DNA of 64,000 nucleotides from Microthyrium microscopicum (lineage: Eukaryota). Positions 26,801-39,746 of this stretch are shown here, one piece after another; the first letter of the stretch is position 1; each line of letters starts with the position of its first letter. The stretch covers positions 97,751 through 161,750 of the forward strand of contig MU004242.1 in assembly GCA_010405405.1 (NCBI GenBank), given 5' to 3'. The notes under the pieces are model-generated. The model had not been told where the DNA came from, ran no database searches, and saw only the letters and a list, made by a program, of their open reading frames with translations. Made by a program: the position numbers and the translations under genes.

Positions 26801-29800
26801 GATTCGATGGCACTGCCTGTAAAGGCGCCTCACCAAAGAAGCGTCCGTAAGTAGGATGGCTTTCGAATTGCTTTGGGAGTCGAGAAAGAGGGGAGTTGTT
26901 GACAAGGAGCTCAGCAGTTAGGAGATTGAAATGTATGTAAAGCACATTTCCACTATCAGGATTTGTCATTGTTGTTCTGATCCAGTGTAGATGCGGTGTC
27001 TCGAGTTGGTGCCATGATCCTCTGACATAATCTACCCAGTGATCTTTTAAAGCGAAGTCCAGACAAGGATTGCCTAACTGCACAATTGCTTGCAGGAGAA
27101 GGGGAAATGCTCGGTGCATTAATTTTTTCCACTGCTCAAGTAAAGCTACGGTCAGCATGCTATAATCTCCACTCTTTGTGACCATCAACTCTTGAATAGC
27201 CATGGAGATCTTGAGAAACATAGCAGCATTTTGAGTGCGCTTCAGAACTGGAATCAAATGGATGTGTTCGAGGTTGAAGCTGACCATACAGATCAATGCG
27301 ACCTCGACAGCTTGAGATGCATACTCTGCTCGTTCTGTATTATTGGTGGAAGCCTGGACTTTAGCTCGAAGCTGGATAACCCATTCGGAAACCAAGGAGC
27401 GGCAAGATGATAAAAAAGATAAAATGTTCGATTGCTTGGAGCGCGTCAACGAGAGGAGTCGTGATGCTAGATGTATCAGCACGCCAACAACTTGGAAGAA
27501 CTCCCAATTTCTTCCCACTCGTCTCTTTGCCTCAATGAGTTGCTCCAGCAAAGCAGTGACGAAACTGTCGCGTTCAAGATCGGCATGACTGAATCTTAGC
27601 GTGTTTTGGCCAGCCGGACCGGCTTGGTGAATTACTTGCAAGAGCAAAATGGTTGTATCAACCTTGGACAGATTGAGGGAGGGCACTGCAAGTTGAGTGA
27701 GAATATTGGTCCACTGAATGTTGCAGCCAAGAGGAAGGGTGCAGAAAGCATGAAATTCATTTAGCGACATATGCCGCGGGCAATCGAATTGATTGGCGAG
27801 GACTTCATTCGGCGGCAAACCATTTGGCTCTGCCGGCGGTCTCTCAATAAACTTTTGCAGTTGCTTCGATCGGGTTGGAAGCTGAAACGAACACAACCGA
27901 TGGACTTTGTCGGTGGTCGCGAATGGAAGTATCAGCAGATGGTTCTGTATGTCATAATAACGATACTGTAAACCATTGGCGAGGCAAACAGCGCTTTCTG
28001 TTGCCGGAATAACCACCTTGGCTCTATGTGTGGCTAAGTGCGGTTTGGTTTGCGACGAGAGGCCAACTCGATAAGTCATAGAGATGAAGAACATTTTGAG
28101 ACCCGGATCATTAGAAGGCGTGTATGAAGTCGCGGAGCCATGCTTAGTTGTGTATCCATTACCGAGGACCATCGTAAGCAAAAAATGAGTCGAATCACGC
28201 CATGCTCCAAAAGAAGCTGGCACAGAGAGCTCGAAGACAGTAGCTTTAGCTTCATCACGATTCGCAGAAAGCGGCCATTCGTGAACGCGAATTCCGATCT
28301 TTGCCACGGCATTAGCACTGGTGTAGAAGGCGCATCTCTTGCAATTTGTGCTATGTGGCGATTCGTAAAGTTGCGCTACTTCATCAATGCAAACTCTGTC
28401 ATATTCACAGGTAAACGCCTGGTAACTGTTCATGTAATCGTGGTAAACTTTGTTGCATTGCGAGAGCTCTTGGCACTTTGCTTTTCGATCGTCGATTGCC
28501 TTCTTCTCAATTTTGTCGTAAAGTTTTTTGTGTCGAGGAGACTGGTCGAAATATCGTACAGCAAATGATGATCGGTGGCCGAAATCGCGAAAGATTGATG
28601 GCAGGCCCTTTCTTGACCCTGCTTCACGATCCTTAAGATAGGATTCAACTTTGGAGAGACGTTTCATCTGAGATCGAAGTGGCAGGAGAAGCGAAGAGAA
28701 AAGATTTGAGGTGATTTCTGGGTCGTACTCTGGCACGAGAGGGTAGGTACAGCATGCGGACTTGTCGCAAGCGACCCAAAGCTCCAAGGCCGTAAGGATC
28801 ATGACTGATGATGCCATGGGATTGCCTGCATAATGAGGGCAGGCAAACTTGTAGTATTGATGAAGCAGAAACTTGATGTAATTACAAGTATCATTCCCGC
28901 TCTTATGTTCCTCTATCCAGGTTTCAAGGTGTTGTTCAACCCAAGCCTCAATTGCGGCCAGGCCAAAACTGGCATCAAGACTGCCAATATCAAGTGGAAA
29001 AGTGGGCAGACCATCCGGTGAAAAACGCGGAAACTTTTCGTCCGTGGAAAACGTCGCAGTGTTTCTATTTGTAGAGACTTGGCCTAGAGTATTGAGGAAA
29101 TTATTGAAGTTTGTCAAATGATGCACGGAGTCTTGCTCGGGTCGAATTGACGTGAGTGCAGCCAGATCTGGTGCTGTAGAGCTCTGAACAGCAGTTGATT
29201 GCCACTGCGTCTCTATCGTATGGTGTGCCAGGAGCATAGTAGCTTGAACTTTCTGCAGCCATGGATCTTCATTAACAATTCCGAGTTTCGTCAGGCGCCG
29301 AGAGATCTTGGCATTCATGGAGTAGATAACGTCAGCTTCCAGGTCCAGGCCGATACAGTTTGTCAGAATTCGTGACATGAAGAAGATCATAAACGTCTTG
29401 TACAATGAGTCGTTGCCAGACAATCGACCAAATATCAGCTGAAGAACTACACGAATCAATAGCCATATAGGGGACCGGCGCCAAGGAAGATCGGCCTTAG
29501 TCCACATAACTTCATCTCGGGTATTTTTTGAGAGAGTTGAGACTGCGACAGGTTGGCCAACAGCGCGTAGGAAGCTCATCAAATGCTCCGTCACCATGTG
29601 CGGCATGGTAGAATTACGGGCTTCACTGATAGTCTGCCCTGCCTTTGACACTTGAGGTTGCATTTCATCAACAGGTTGATAGCTCATGGTAGCAATAGCT
29701 TGAGCCAACGTGTTCCGAAAATCTTGATCATAGAATGTCATATACGGTATTGTAATGGCGGCGGCGGGAAATGATCTTTTTAGCCGTCCTTGTGTCGAAA

Positions 29801-30209
29801 CTACAGACTCGTTGTCTGGAGATAGCTCGAAGATCTCAATGTTGACAAAGCTGCCCTTTCCATCGCCTGTTGGGGTGATAAGCAGGCCTGCGTTTTGCGC
29901 CTTGACAGGTACGACAACGTGTGCGGACGACAAGGATTGAAAAACGGCTTTCAACTTTGCTTCTTTGATAGCACCAGTCTTGTCGCGGGAGGCCAAAAGA
30001 TTCTTGATCATAGCCCGTCCTTTATCGATGACATCTTCGCTTGTTCTGTAGAGAGTCTTGAATTCTTGAAGAGCGTGGATGACTGCGTCTATCAGCGCCT
30101 TCTCCAAGCTTGGGTCGTCGTCGTTCTCTTGTGGCAGCTTCGGGGGGAGGAAGACATGGTGAAAGAGATACGAAGCAGCATGTGAGGATACGGCTGGCAT
30201 GTGTGCCAT
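20871..30209 (-). CDS. Giant DUF3638/DUF3645 P-loop NTPase-like protein (~3096 aa)
   Basis: N-terminal HHVFLPPKLPQ and WRRSPIWL, QLNMGEGKS (Walker A-like), DESDE (Walker B-like), LAVPFRAKDNP..RSEFSH.DV, LDEAHTRGTDLKLP, QACMRMRKLG, EEQERE. One 48-nt intron (22118-22165) joins the two ORFs in frame. Confidence 0.9.
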
Positions 30210-30258
30210 TGCGAAGCGACTGCAGCTGAACAGTAGAGAAGAGTTATGTTCAATCCAG

Positions 30259-30293
30259 CGAGAGAGAGAGAGGAAGAGAGAGAAAGAGAGAAA
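30259..30293. repeat. (GA)n-rich purine tract, i.e. a CT-rich leader of the DUF3638 gene
   Basis: gagagagagagaggaagagagagaaagagagaaa about 50-85 nt upstream of the ATG at 30209. Confidence 0.6.
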
Positions 30294-31527
30294 TGCGCAA
30301 TAGCGGCAAAAAGGCGCGATATGAACAGGTGCGCCTAAGTGGGGCAGTTTGAAATTTCCAGTGGTGCTAGCCAGTCGATTTGAGGAAGGCGCGTTGCGGA
30401 AAACTGAGTTGAGTCGGATGAGGAAGTGGCGAACCTAGAGATTCGCAAAATCGTGGAAGGAGCACCTGGTGGCCTTTAAGAGCGAGGAAGGAGCATACTG
30501 ACATTGAGCTAGTGAGCAACACCAGAAAGTAAACAATGTCTCAAATATATCTGGTATTGCTTCCTGCTAGCAGTGCAACAGCAATTATACAACACAGTTG
30601 ACATAATCATGAAGGTTGCTGTCAGACATTGAATGCTGAAAGTGGTTGCCTACGATCTGCCTAGCAGGTTGCAAACAGCCAGGTGGATTGCACTGCATTC
30701 TGAAGTGTTGATAGTACCGGATGTTTATGCAGGCTTCCAGAGACAGGAGTGCTGTTCGCCATATCGGTTGAGATGATCTTCCGTGTCCATACAATTGATC
30801 AGATCGCCCTAGGAGGGCATCGGATGACCCATCGCTACATGCGGCGTTTTCAATCATGTCAGTGAGTCTTGACCCAATATTTGGGGTCTAGTCCATGCGC
30901 TTTCTATGTCTGGTCTCTCACCAAAGGACGGCGCCATACAAGGGGACGCAGTCATTAGGCATTGTTGCCAGATTTCCACATTACGGATAGCCTCTTGACA
31001 TCCAGCACTATCAGCACGTTGCATTCGAACTGTACAACACCGGAGGAGCAAAGAAGTACGCACTGCACCTAAAGAAGAGGATTTGGCGGATTGACATAGC
31101 AAGGCTGTATTCCTAGGTGTGATATGGCGTTGTTCGTACAAGCCAAACAATTTGAGATCAAAGAGTCAGCTTAAAGAATTCTTTTCCCATCTAGTCAGCA
31201 GCAAGATGCACGAAGCAATGCTTTCGAGGAAAACAAGTTTTTATTCGTTGGAAATTCGTTGGAGACGAAGCCGTGAAGTAGGACTTTCATCTGACACTAG
31301 TCTCAATATAGTTAGATCAATGGCAACGCGACTTTTTAGCCACGCGACTTAAGCTCCACAACCAATAACGCGTTTTACAACTTCTACTCCTCCACCTTCA
31401 ATCTCCAGCCATCCAATATCTCCAAAACCGTACGCTGCCCACGGTTTATTCTTTGATATTCCCACCAACAAGATACCAGTTATCCAAACACCAATTCTTA
31501 CAATTCTTACAACAATCCTAAGCCATC

Positions 31528-33310
31528 ATGGCTGACACCGAGAAGAGTCAATGCGACATTCTCAAGTCCCAGATCAAGGACTGGGAACATAGCTTTAGAG
31601 CCACGAATGGCAACAAACCGGGCCGCAAAGACATCGGTGCTGATCCAAAAATCAGTATGTCTCTATATGTGCCCCAGGACCTCAGTCCATACTAACTGTC
31701 CACTAGAAGCACTATATGTCGAATACGAACAACTCAGAACCAAGACCAAGGCAGACCATCAATCTCGAAAGCGAAAGGCTACCGGTCACGAAAACTCGCC
31801 TGCTCCCAAGAAACACGATCAACACACCGCTGCCTTCCAAGGAACCCCTCCCAAACTCGACAATACATCCAAGCCCGAATCCTCTCGCAAGCGAAAAGCT
31901 ACTGAAGTCCTCGAGTCCTCTACACCCAAGAAATCCAGCACGCGGCACACCTTCTCAACGCCGCAAAAACAACCGCAAGACGTTGAAAACTTCCCAGAAT
32001 CACTCACACCCTGCCAATTCGAAGCCACACCCCAAAAAAATGGCATTCCCATAGGAATATTTGGTAAGACCACCGGGTGTGAAATCAAATTCCTGACAAC
32101 CTTCGCATTATGCTAAATAAGTGGTGGCTGCAATTGCGTTCGATGGCTCCCATCAGACGCGATGGCAGCTGGAACGTGTTTTATGGTTTCAGTCTTTTCG
32201 GCTTTATACTGACAGTTTGTAGATCACATCCCACCAGAACTCCTCACCGCCACACCAACGACCGCACGTATCGCCCTCGCAGCGCTGAATGGTAACATCA
32301 TTACCCGCACGCCGATCAAAAACGTCATCCCCGCCACTCCCACCACCAACCGTCGAAAGAATGAACGCACACCAATGTCCAGTGCTCGCCGCTTCATGCT
32401 AGATCAGTTTGTCACACCCGGGCATCGTAAGAAGCGTTCCGAACAAACAACTCCCAGCTCGCTGGATAAACAATTCCAAACTCCCGCGTTCCTGAAACGA
32501 TATATCGAGCCACAGGCAGTCGAGGAAGAGGATGAGACAGTTATTCGGAGATTGCCTTGGCAAAGACCGCGGTATGGACGGTCGCTGAGCAGTATGATCA
32601 AAGAGATGAGAGATAATGAGGAAGATAAAGCGGACCAGGAGTTGGATATTTTACGAGAACTGGAAGAAGAGGCAGAAAATCCTGGTCAAAAGCCAAAGCC
32701 AAAGAAAACGGTCATGTTTGAGGATATCACGCCAGTCAAGGAGACGCAAGAAGAGGAAGGTGGGCTTGATCAGGATGGATTCATTCCCTCTGCATTTGCA
32801 GATCAATTGAAACAAATTGATGATGAGGAAGCTGCTGCTGCTGAAAAATCTGGAGTACAGCGTAGAGTTTACAAGAAGAAGGGCTTAAAGCGACAAACAA
32901 AGCGAGTGAATATGCGTCCTGTCCGAACTCGAGCAGCCAAACCCGCGGAAGTGGAACCTGTGGTTGACTCGGATGGCAGTGGAGACGAATCAGATGAGGT
33001 CATCCCGGAGACTCAACTTGACGATGAGCTTTTGGATGCAAGCTTTTTGGCCGAAGCTGGCGACGACGACGCAGATTTCGAGCCCTCAAATGGAAGTCCC
33101 AAGCCTACTCCTAGCACTATACAGCCATCGCCATCGCCAAAAGTGGCAGGCAAGAAGCAGAAGAATGCCGAAAAGGAAAGTGAAAAGACTGCGACGAAAA
33201 AGGCTGCTCCGAAAAAGAAGACTGCCGACCGCAACAACTATCGAAAACTCAAGATCAAGAGCAAGAACGCAAAACCGAAAGGACGCGGTGGTCGATTTGG
33301 ACGTCGTTAA
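31528..33310 (+). CDS. SLD2: DNA replication regulator Sld2/Drc1
   Basis: N-terminal LKSQIKDWEHSF...KPGRKDI..DPKI..LY.EY, many S/T-P CDK-type sites, TPQKNG...GIFD, YKKKGLKRQTKRVNMRP, NYRKLKIK, C-terminal GRFGRR. Introns approx. 31655-31707 and 32063-32222. Confidence 0.9.
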
Positions 33311-33945
33311 AAATGAAAATTCGTCGATGGGAGCCATAAAAGTTGTTGGGAAATATTAGAATTCAGCGGAAATCTCTACTCCTTGCACTTTTACGGGCTC
33401 GAGTAGGGATTTTGAGTGGAACTCAATTGGGACCTTGGACTTGACATCGGACTGGGAGATATACTTCCACTGTCAACCATTATTGCTTCACGATTAAAAA
33501 AATTTGCATGGAAGGCCTCGAGATATTGCTACATTGCATCATTGCAAAGTGGAAGACATGACGCGTACACGAATTTAGCATTAGCGAGCGAGCATACAAT
33601 AGATGTTTTATTGGATATAAGTACTCAATCTTGTGTTTTCATTTGGCTGATCTCGTATACAGATTGCAGGTTTAACATGGACTTTTCTAACTCAGGATTT
33701 TCAGATTCATGGTCGTTATTTATTTTCCCAGCTCGCATCTCCATCAACTACAAAGCCCAGCATACACTATGTACATTTCGTAGCGCTTTATCTATTGTCG
33801 AGGCCTCAAATCTTTACCAAACTATTGGACCAGATGGGGGTCAAAAAACCTCCCTCCATCCGAATCGTCATAGGAAACATATATTCAATGGAAGCGACGT
33901 CCAAATGCTTGTAGTACTGAAACCATATACAAGCGAGAAACCCCA

Positions 33946-34488
33946 TCACCATTCCCACATCGTCTCATAAGGAAACTCCATCTTCTCCGGCACAAACCCC
34001 CAATCCCCCTCCGTCCAGTCCATAAGCCTCACATACAGCCAACTAACACACAAGCTCCACCCATACAGGCAGCCAACCGCCACGGCCGCCCACACTACAC
34101 TGAACACCCAGTAGATGCACAAAGTAAGAATATACAAAAGAAACATACTAACACTCCAAATTCTTCGCTCCTCATCGGGAACCTCGCCAGTGACGTGGAA
34201 GAAGAACCAATCATGATATCTTGTATAGTACGTGCCTAGTGCCAGAATTGGGAAGATAATGGGAATGATAAGGATACGATTGCCTTGGATGCGGGTGCTA
34301 TGGAGGTAGAAGGAGCGTGTGATGAGCCGGCGGAACGTCACGCAAAGTACTTGGGCAGTGCCGATGAGGAGGAGGAAGGCTGTGAAGGATTGGAGGACGA
34401 GCCATTGGGTTAGTTGCGGGAGGGTCATTTCGCGGATGGAGGAGCGCCAGGGAAGTTGGATTGTGATTGTAGGCCTGGAAAATGACAT
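33946..34488 (-). CDS. Hypothetical multi-pass membrane protein (180 aa)
   Basis: ATG-initiated ORF with 3-4 hydrophobic segments; no family recognised. Confidence 0.55.
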   Translation of the reverse strand: MSFSRPTITIQLPWRSSIREMTLPQLTQWLVLQSFTAFLLLIGTAQVLCVTFRRLITRSFYLHSTRIQGNRILIIPIIFPILALGTYYTRYHDWFFFHVTGEVPDEERRIWSVSMFLLYILTLCIYWVFSVVWAAVAVGCLYGWSLCVSWLYVRLMDWTEGDWGFVPEKMEFPYETMWEW

Positions 34489-35264
34489 AATGGCGTTTGT
34501 GACGATATGGGTGAGCTGGATCTATAGGGATTTCGGGTAAATTTTTGGTTTGCGCGATAGGAAGCTGCAGAGTACATGAGACTGCATTTACAAATGGGTT
34601 GTGAAAGCAGGTGCTGAGAACGGTCTTGTAGCAGTTGGCCTGTAAGTTCGTTTGGAGTTGTTCTGAAATGATGGCTTTGTTCAGATTTGATAGGAAAGAC
34701 ATTGTCTGAACTATCTATGGACACAGCGCATAGCGCAAAGTCACCGTCTTATGACTTAATGAGATAATTAGATACACTTCTTGCGATCTTTCGCCAGTTA
34801 TTCTATCAGAGCCAAGCATGGAGGACGGAAGGTTCTACATTCAATCTCTCGGCGACAAAATGCTGTTATAGTTGTCCTCCCAGTTTACAACCTCAGGTCC
34901 CGCAGCTTGAATAATGGTCCTGACAGGATTCGCATGAAATGTCTCCTTGTTTTCACAGAATCAATCAGCTCAAACACTCACCAAGGATCGGCTTAGAACT
35001 AGATCAGAGCGAAGACTCGCCATAACGCGGTAGAAAATTAATAACGCACGTGTTATATACCGCTACAGTTCATCTTGGACTTATGAGTAAGAACACGACG
35101 AATGCGATGAATAGTAAGTTCCAATCGGGTTGTATTCATCAATCAAGAGAACATTGAGTGGTATTTGGGTAAAAATACTTGATTGTATTGTCGTCATTTT
35201 CTACATATTTAAACCTGGACACCAACACTACCCTCCAACGCTACACCTAACACACCATCAACCC

Positions 35265-35618
35265 CTAGCCTCTATAATAACGGAAAGCGTCGCACTCGAA
35301 ATTGGTGAACCCACGGCACATTGGCCCATACTTGATAACCTGACGGTCATCATAAGGTAACTGGTTGAGGTAGAACACGAAGTAGAAGATGCCGAGGTAT
35401 CCCACCCACAAGCAGCCAATTGCCCGAGTGATTAGAGTCGAAGGAAAATGGCCAGTGTTGAAGATTGAGAGTGCGGTAATGGCCATGAGAAGTTTGAGAG
35501 CAGTGAAGGCTAGGCCATGGAATGGAGTGAGCCACATGTAGAGTGTAGAGACGAGGACGACTGGAAGCATGATTTTGCGCCAGAGAGATGCCATCTCTGC
35601 GCTGAATTGAGAGGCCAT
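35265..35618 (-). CDS. Hypothetical small membrane protein (117 aa)
   Basis: ATG-initiated ORF with three hydrophobic segments and a C-terminal Cys pair. Confidence 0.5.
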   Translation of the reverse strand: MASQFSAEMASLWRKIMLPVVLVSTLYMWLTPFHGLAFTALKLLMAITALSIFNTGHFPSTLITRAIGCLWVGYLGIFYFVFYLNQLPYDDRQVIKYGPMCRGFTNFECDAFRYYRG

Positions 35619-36281
35619 GAGGAAGGTCGTTTTCGTAAGTGGCAGAAAGACTTTGGTTCGTCGATCAGTCGGTAGAGAAATGCCGTTGGGGACGCAGTGT
35701 TTGTGGATTTGGAGGTTGGAGGATGGTAATTGGCATATTGAAGAGTAGTCTGCTACATGTACATAACGACTCTTGGTAATAAGTTTTGGTGAATGCTCTG
35801 GGAGGTGTGCTCAAGTGAATTGTTCTGGAACTAGTGTACTTGAGGTGTCGTCTATCAATGTCTTGACTTGGAAGCAACACAGGGCTGTTCGCGATTAATG
35901 GATCCAAAGGAGACAAAGCCTTTGTTTCGAGCGCGACAAAGGGGAAGAAGTTTATAGATCATTAGACTCTAGCATGAGCGATACCAAAATCTGAAGTTGT
36001 CTAACTAGAAATGGTCAAGGTTCACGATTTAAGGAAGAACGTCACGTTGCAAGATTGGAAATTATGTTAAAGTTCAAATATGTTAAATTTGAGGATAAGA
36101 CTTTAAATTTTCCTGAACGCCTAGACAAAAGAAATGCAGAGCGGTACTTAGAAAATGGTTACTAGGATTCTAGTAGAGATTGTTGAAGTAACAAAAGAAA
36201 TTGGGTTAACGAGCATTACCTGGAGAACTAAGTTCCAGGTTCTTGACAAGAGTTTTTGGTGTGTGAGCCATATGATGATAC

Positions 36282-36617
36282 TTACACCTGGGAAGCTTCA
36301 GCTGCTGCAGCTCTGCGGGCTTTGCGGGCATGGTGTCTTTCTATGCAGATCCACATGCTGACTGGAGAAGACATACAGCAGAGCGCCATTAGAGAGTAGA
36401 CCACAACTACAGCGATGACTACTGGGAGCCATCCCCAGATGTCGGAGTGGTTACCAGCGTCATTTGCGGTGGTGCTGGAGGAGTTACTGGCCATGGAGAC
36501 GTTACCAACGATGGTAGAGTTACCAACGAGAGTGGAATTACCAGGCATGGTGGAGTTGGCGCACAGGATTGGGTTGATCGCAGCTCGGAGCAAAGCAGTT
36601 CCGTTGACGCAAGGCAT
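36282..36617 (-). CDS. Small single-pass membrane protein with N-glycosylation-rich N-terminus
   Basis: Repeated sequons (NGT, NSTMPG-NSTLVG-NSTIVG-NVS, NSS, NHS), TM WLPVVIAVVVVYSLMAL, juxtamembrane CC and a basic tail. Confidence 0.6.
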   Translation of the reverse strand: MPCVNGTALLRAAINPILCANSTMPGNSTLVGNSTIVGNVSMASNSSSTTANDAGNHSDIWGWLPVVIAVVVVYSLMALCCMSSPVSMWICIERHHARKARRAAAAEASQV

Positions 36618-38531
36618 TGCGGAGGATGGTATGTTGTTGTTGTTTTTTGTTGGTAGTGGAGCTCGGCTTGATAGAAGGCTTGAAAAAGTTTAAACTTGGG
36701 AGGCAACCTTATGATATTACTGTTGTAATAATTGCCGCGAAAGCTAACTGATTTGATGTTTCTTCTAACTCTCAGATTTGAGGCCTATGAATGCTTTCCT
36801 GGCATCAATGCTGAAAGGCTTCCAACATCATCCCTCGAGACCCAGCCTAAAGTATGGTAATGGCCGAGTTCATTTTAGGCTACATCAGAGGTTTTGTCTT
36901 CTCAAAATACAGGGTCATTGTATTTGGCCATCAATGGTATTGTTGCTAACAAAGAAATCGATGAAGCATTAGCGGTGGCCACCATCTTTCTGAGAGTTAT
37001 TTCTCTGTTTCTCAAGTATGGTTTAAATGGATTTGACAGTTTTTCACTTGAGCAGAATTACAGACATTCAAAATGGTGATATCACCTAGTTATGTCTTTC
37101 TTTCATATGGAATGCTCCTAAGGCTGCGAATTGAATTGCCCGTTGTATAAGTCCTTTGAACCCTGATTGCAGTTCTGTAGCATTTATAATCTTATTTGCA
37201 AATCCCTGGCAAACAATCTTGGCTATCCTGTGCCAGCCTTAAGGAGCCTTCGATTTCACTGATCCGATATGCCGTCCACATCACAGCAAGGGAAACTCAG
37301 AGAAAAGCACACAACCACTCATTAGTTTAGTGTTCTTGTCCTACCTTCAGGCTTTCTGAAAAGAATTTTCAGATATGTGGTCACTGACAAGGCTGAAAAG
37401 ATGGGACAAGGCTGATGGCAAGGCTGAAAACCGATTTCGTGGAAAGTGGAGATTTTGATGTGCAGAGATATTCGTTAGACGAGGGTCCAGGCTTCCAAAG
37501 ATCTATAATATTGAGGAAAAACTAATTATAAGCTTGCAAGCATAACTCTTTCAATGAATATGAAGGTTTCTAATCTCACAGCCTTGCTGGAGTGTTGGGT
37601 GGTGTTGGTAGCTATGGGGAGCTGGAAGGCACGACAGCTCTCGTTTAGATACTGACGAAGGCAATCTTCGTTCAAACTCTCTTACAATCAAGGTTGTAAT
37701 TCAAACCTTGGACTTTCTTCTTTCACAGCAAAATTCTGCGTTTCTTGTCTCAGGTTTCCTCATCGTCATTTTAGATCTTGACATGACGACAGTGCCGTAT
37801 CGCCTTTTGACGCAGGTTAGCCCCTGGAAATGACGAATATCCGTAGTACATGCTTTCCCATGATAGAAATATAGTACTTTAAATATCTTTCCGCGATCAT
37901 TGTGTCCCAAGGTCCTGTCAAAACAGGAGAGGAAGAGGTAGACGACGATAAAGTTTGTCTAGCGGAACGGGCCGGTGGACTTTAACCATAATAGGAAAAG
38001 CGGGTGAACATCCAGCGGCCAGTTGGCGCTAAAATGGCAGTGCCAACTGGGCTCGAGTTCAGCCATCTTAAGCTCCCTTGTTTTCGGTCTGATATGCATC
38101 TTCATGAATTTTGACTGGTCCTCTCCTCGGTCAGTTAACCAGTTGGACCTAAAATTGCAGTGCAAGAGTCAGCTCTCAATGAGTATCAGGATGCGCGGGT
38201 AAGACTTTGTCGCATCCAGTCAGCCGAAACTAGAAAATATATGAACCAGCAGATGCAAAATCTTCAGTGCAATTTTTGGCAGTAAGCTCTGGACCTTGAG
38301 TTCCTTTAATCCTCTGGAAACAATGGTGTTTGCCCTCGTCCACAGATCTCCAATAGCATAGCCCGCTCAGATCGGTGTCCTGATAGGCTCGCTGCTCACA
38401 GCCATAGGTGGTCACGGCGATCTACAACGAATGCAGTAGCAATCGCTTGTCAACTGCCAAGACAAGTATCATTCAAATAAAAGACAAAAATCATCGTTAC
38501 TCTTTCATTTGCACCCTAAAGTAAACCCCAT

Positions 38532-39746
38532 CTAATTAACGGGCGTCTGACAGAAATCCGGGCCTCCATCCGTCGCCGCACAGTACTCATAACAATCATC
38601 CGGCAAATCCTTCGGATCAACATTCAAATTCCAACAATAATCCTCGAACGCCTGATCAGGCACAATGATCACCGTCGGCTGGCCTCCCGTCGGTTGTGGC
38701 TGTGGATCCTGCTGCCAGGGAGGCGGTTGGCTCGCAGTGACGGTTACAGGATCCCAAGCAGGTTGGCTCGTATACCACGGATCAGGAACGTAGGATGTCA
38801 CCGTAGGCGCTGGATTCCATCCGCCACCGCCACCGAAGTAAGGTGGTGGAATGGGCACGACGATGGGGATGGGGACGATTTCGGGGATTATGCCTTGGTT
38901 TCCTGTTAGAAATAACATTTCAAGGGGACAGCGTTTAGCCAACACAACACTTGAGCAAACACTACTCTGTTGAAATGCTACATTGTATAATCTCATCATT
39001 GTAACATCTCAGTAGAGTACCAGCTTGCTCAAGCCTGTTCGATAATTTTGCACAGGAAGATTCTTACGGGGTGCTGTGGCATAAGGCTCCCAGGAGGTGC
39101 GTGTTTGCGTTCGCCAGGAAGTTTCTGTGCGGTAATTCGTTGTCGTGTATGGCGGAGGTCTGTTGATTATTGTGCTGGTGTGCGTTGGGCGTGTGACCGT
39201 GATTGGACGGGTTGTCGTTGGGCGGTAAGTGTGCGTGATATCGCGAGTGGTGGTTCGCGGTGGGCGGGGATGGTCAATGGTACTGCGAGAGGTGCTTCGA
39301 GAAGTGCTCCAACCGGGATCGCCGCGAGAAGTGGTGCGCGTGCTCCATGTTGAAGTGTAGCGAGTACTGGAGGTATGTGATGGTTCCCATCCACCGCCAC
39401 GCGAAGACGTAGGAGTGAAGCGGCTAGTAGAACTGTACGGCGGCGTGTAATGGCTGGTTGGCGCAGTGTAATGCGAGGTAGACGAGTAGTGAGTGCTTGT
39501 TGGGCGGAAAGTTTCGCGCGGAGGAGTTTGACGAGTCTCACGTGGCGGTGGTGCTCTGGTCTCTCGCGGGGGAGGGGCTCTGGTCTCTCGAGCAGGAGCA
39601 GGCGCTTGATGGCTAGCTGGTGGTGGTTGAGCTGCCTCGCTGAGCTCTATGTCTGCAATGTCTGCCACATCTGCCTCGGCATCAATAGCAAGAGAGTTGA
39701 CCGCGGCAGCAGAGCCCAGAAGCAAAAGTAAGAACCTAGGCTTCAT
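38532..39746 (-). CDS. Secreted Ser/Thr/Pro-rich (mucin-like) protein with small C-terminal 4-Cys domain
   Basis: Signal peptide MKPRFLLLLLGSAAA, RETRAPPP repeats, Thr/Ser-rich body. Intron 38903-39067 joins in frame to the exon ending YCWNL...DCYEYC...FCQTPVN. Confidence 0.75.

Noticed and set aside
22435..30185. Many antisense and alternate-frame ORFs inside the DUF3638 gene
   Set aside because: Expected shadow ORFs of a long CDS, with no independent motifs.
36220..36285. Possible intron across the stop codon of 36282..36617 that would recreate the same GTG TAA
   Set aside because: Branch site is weak and the protein is unchanged either way; not supportable without transcripts.
37386..37430. 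Three short CAAGGCTGA repeats
   Set aside because: Too short and irregular to assign a function.
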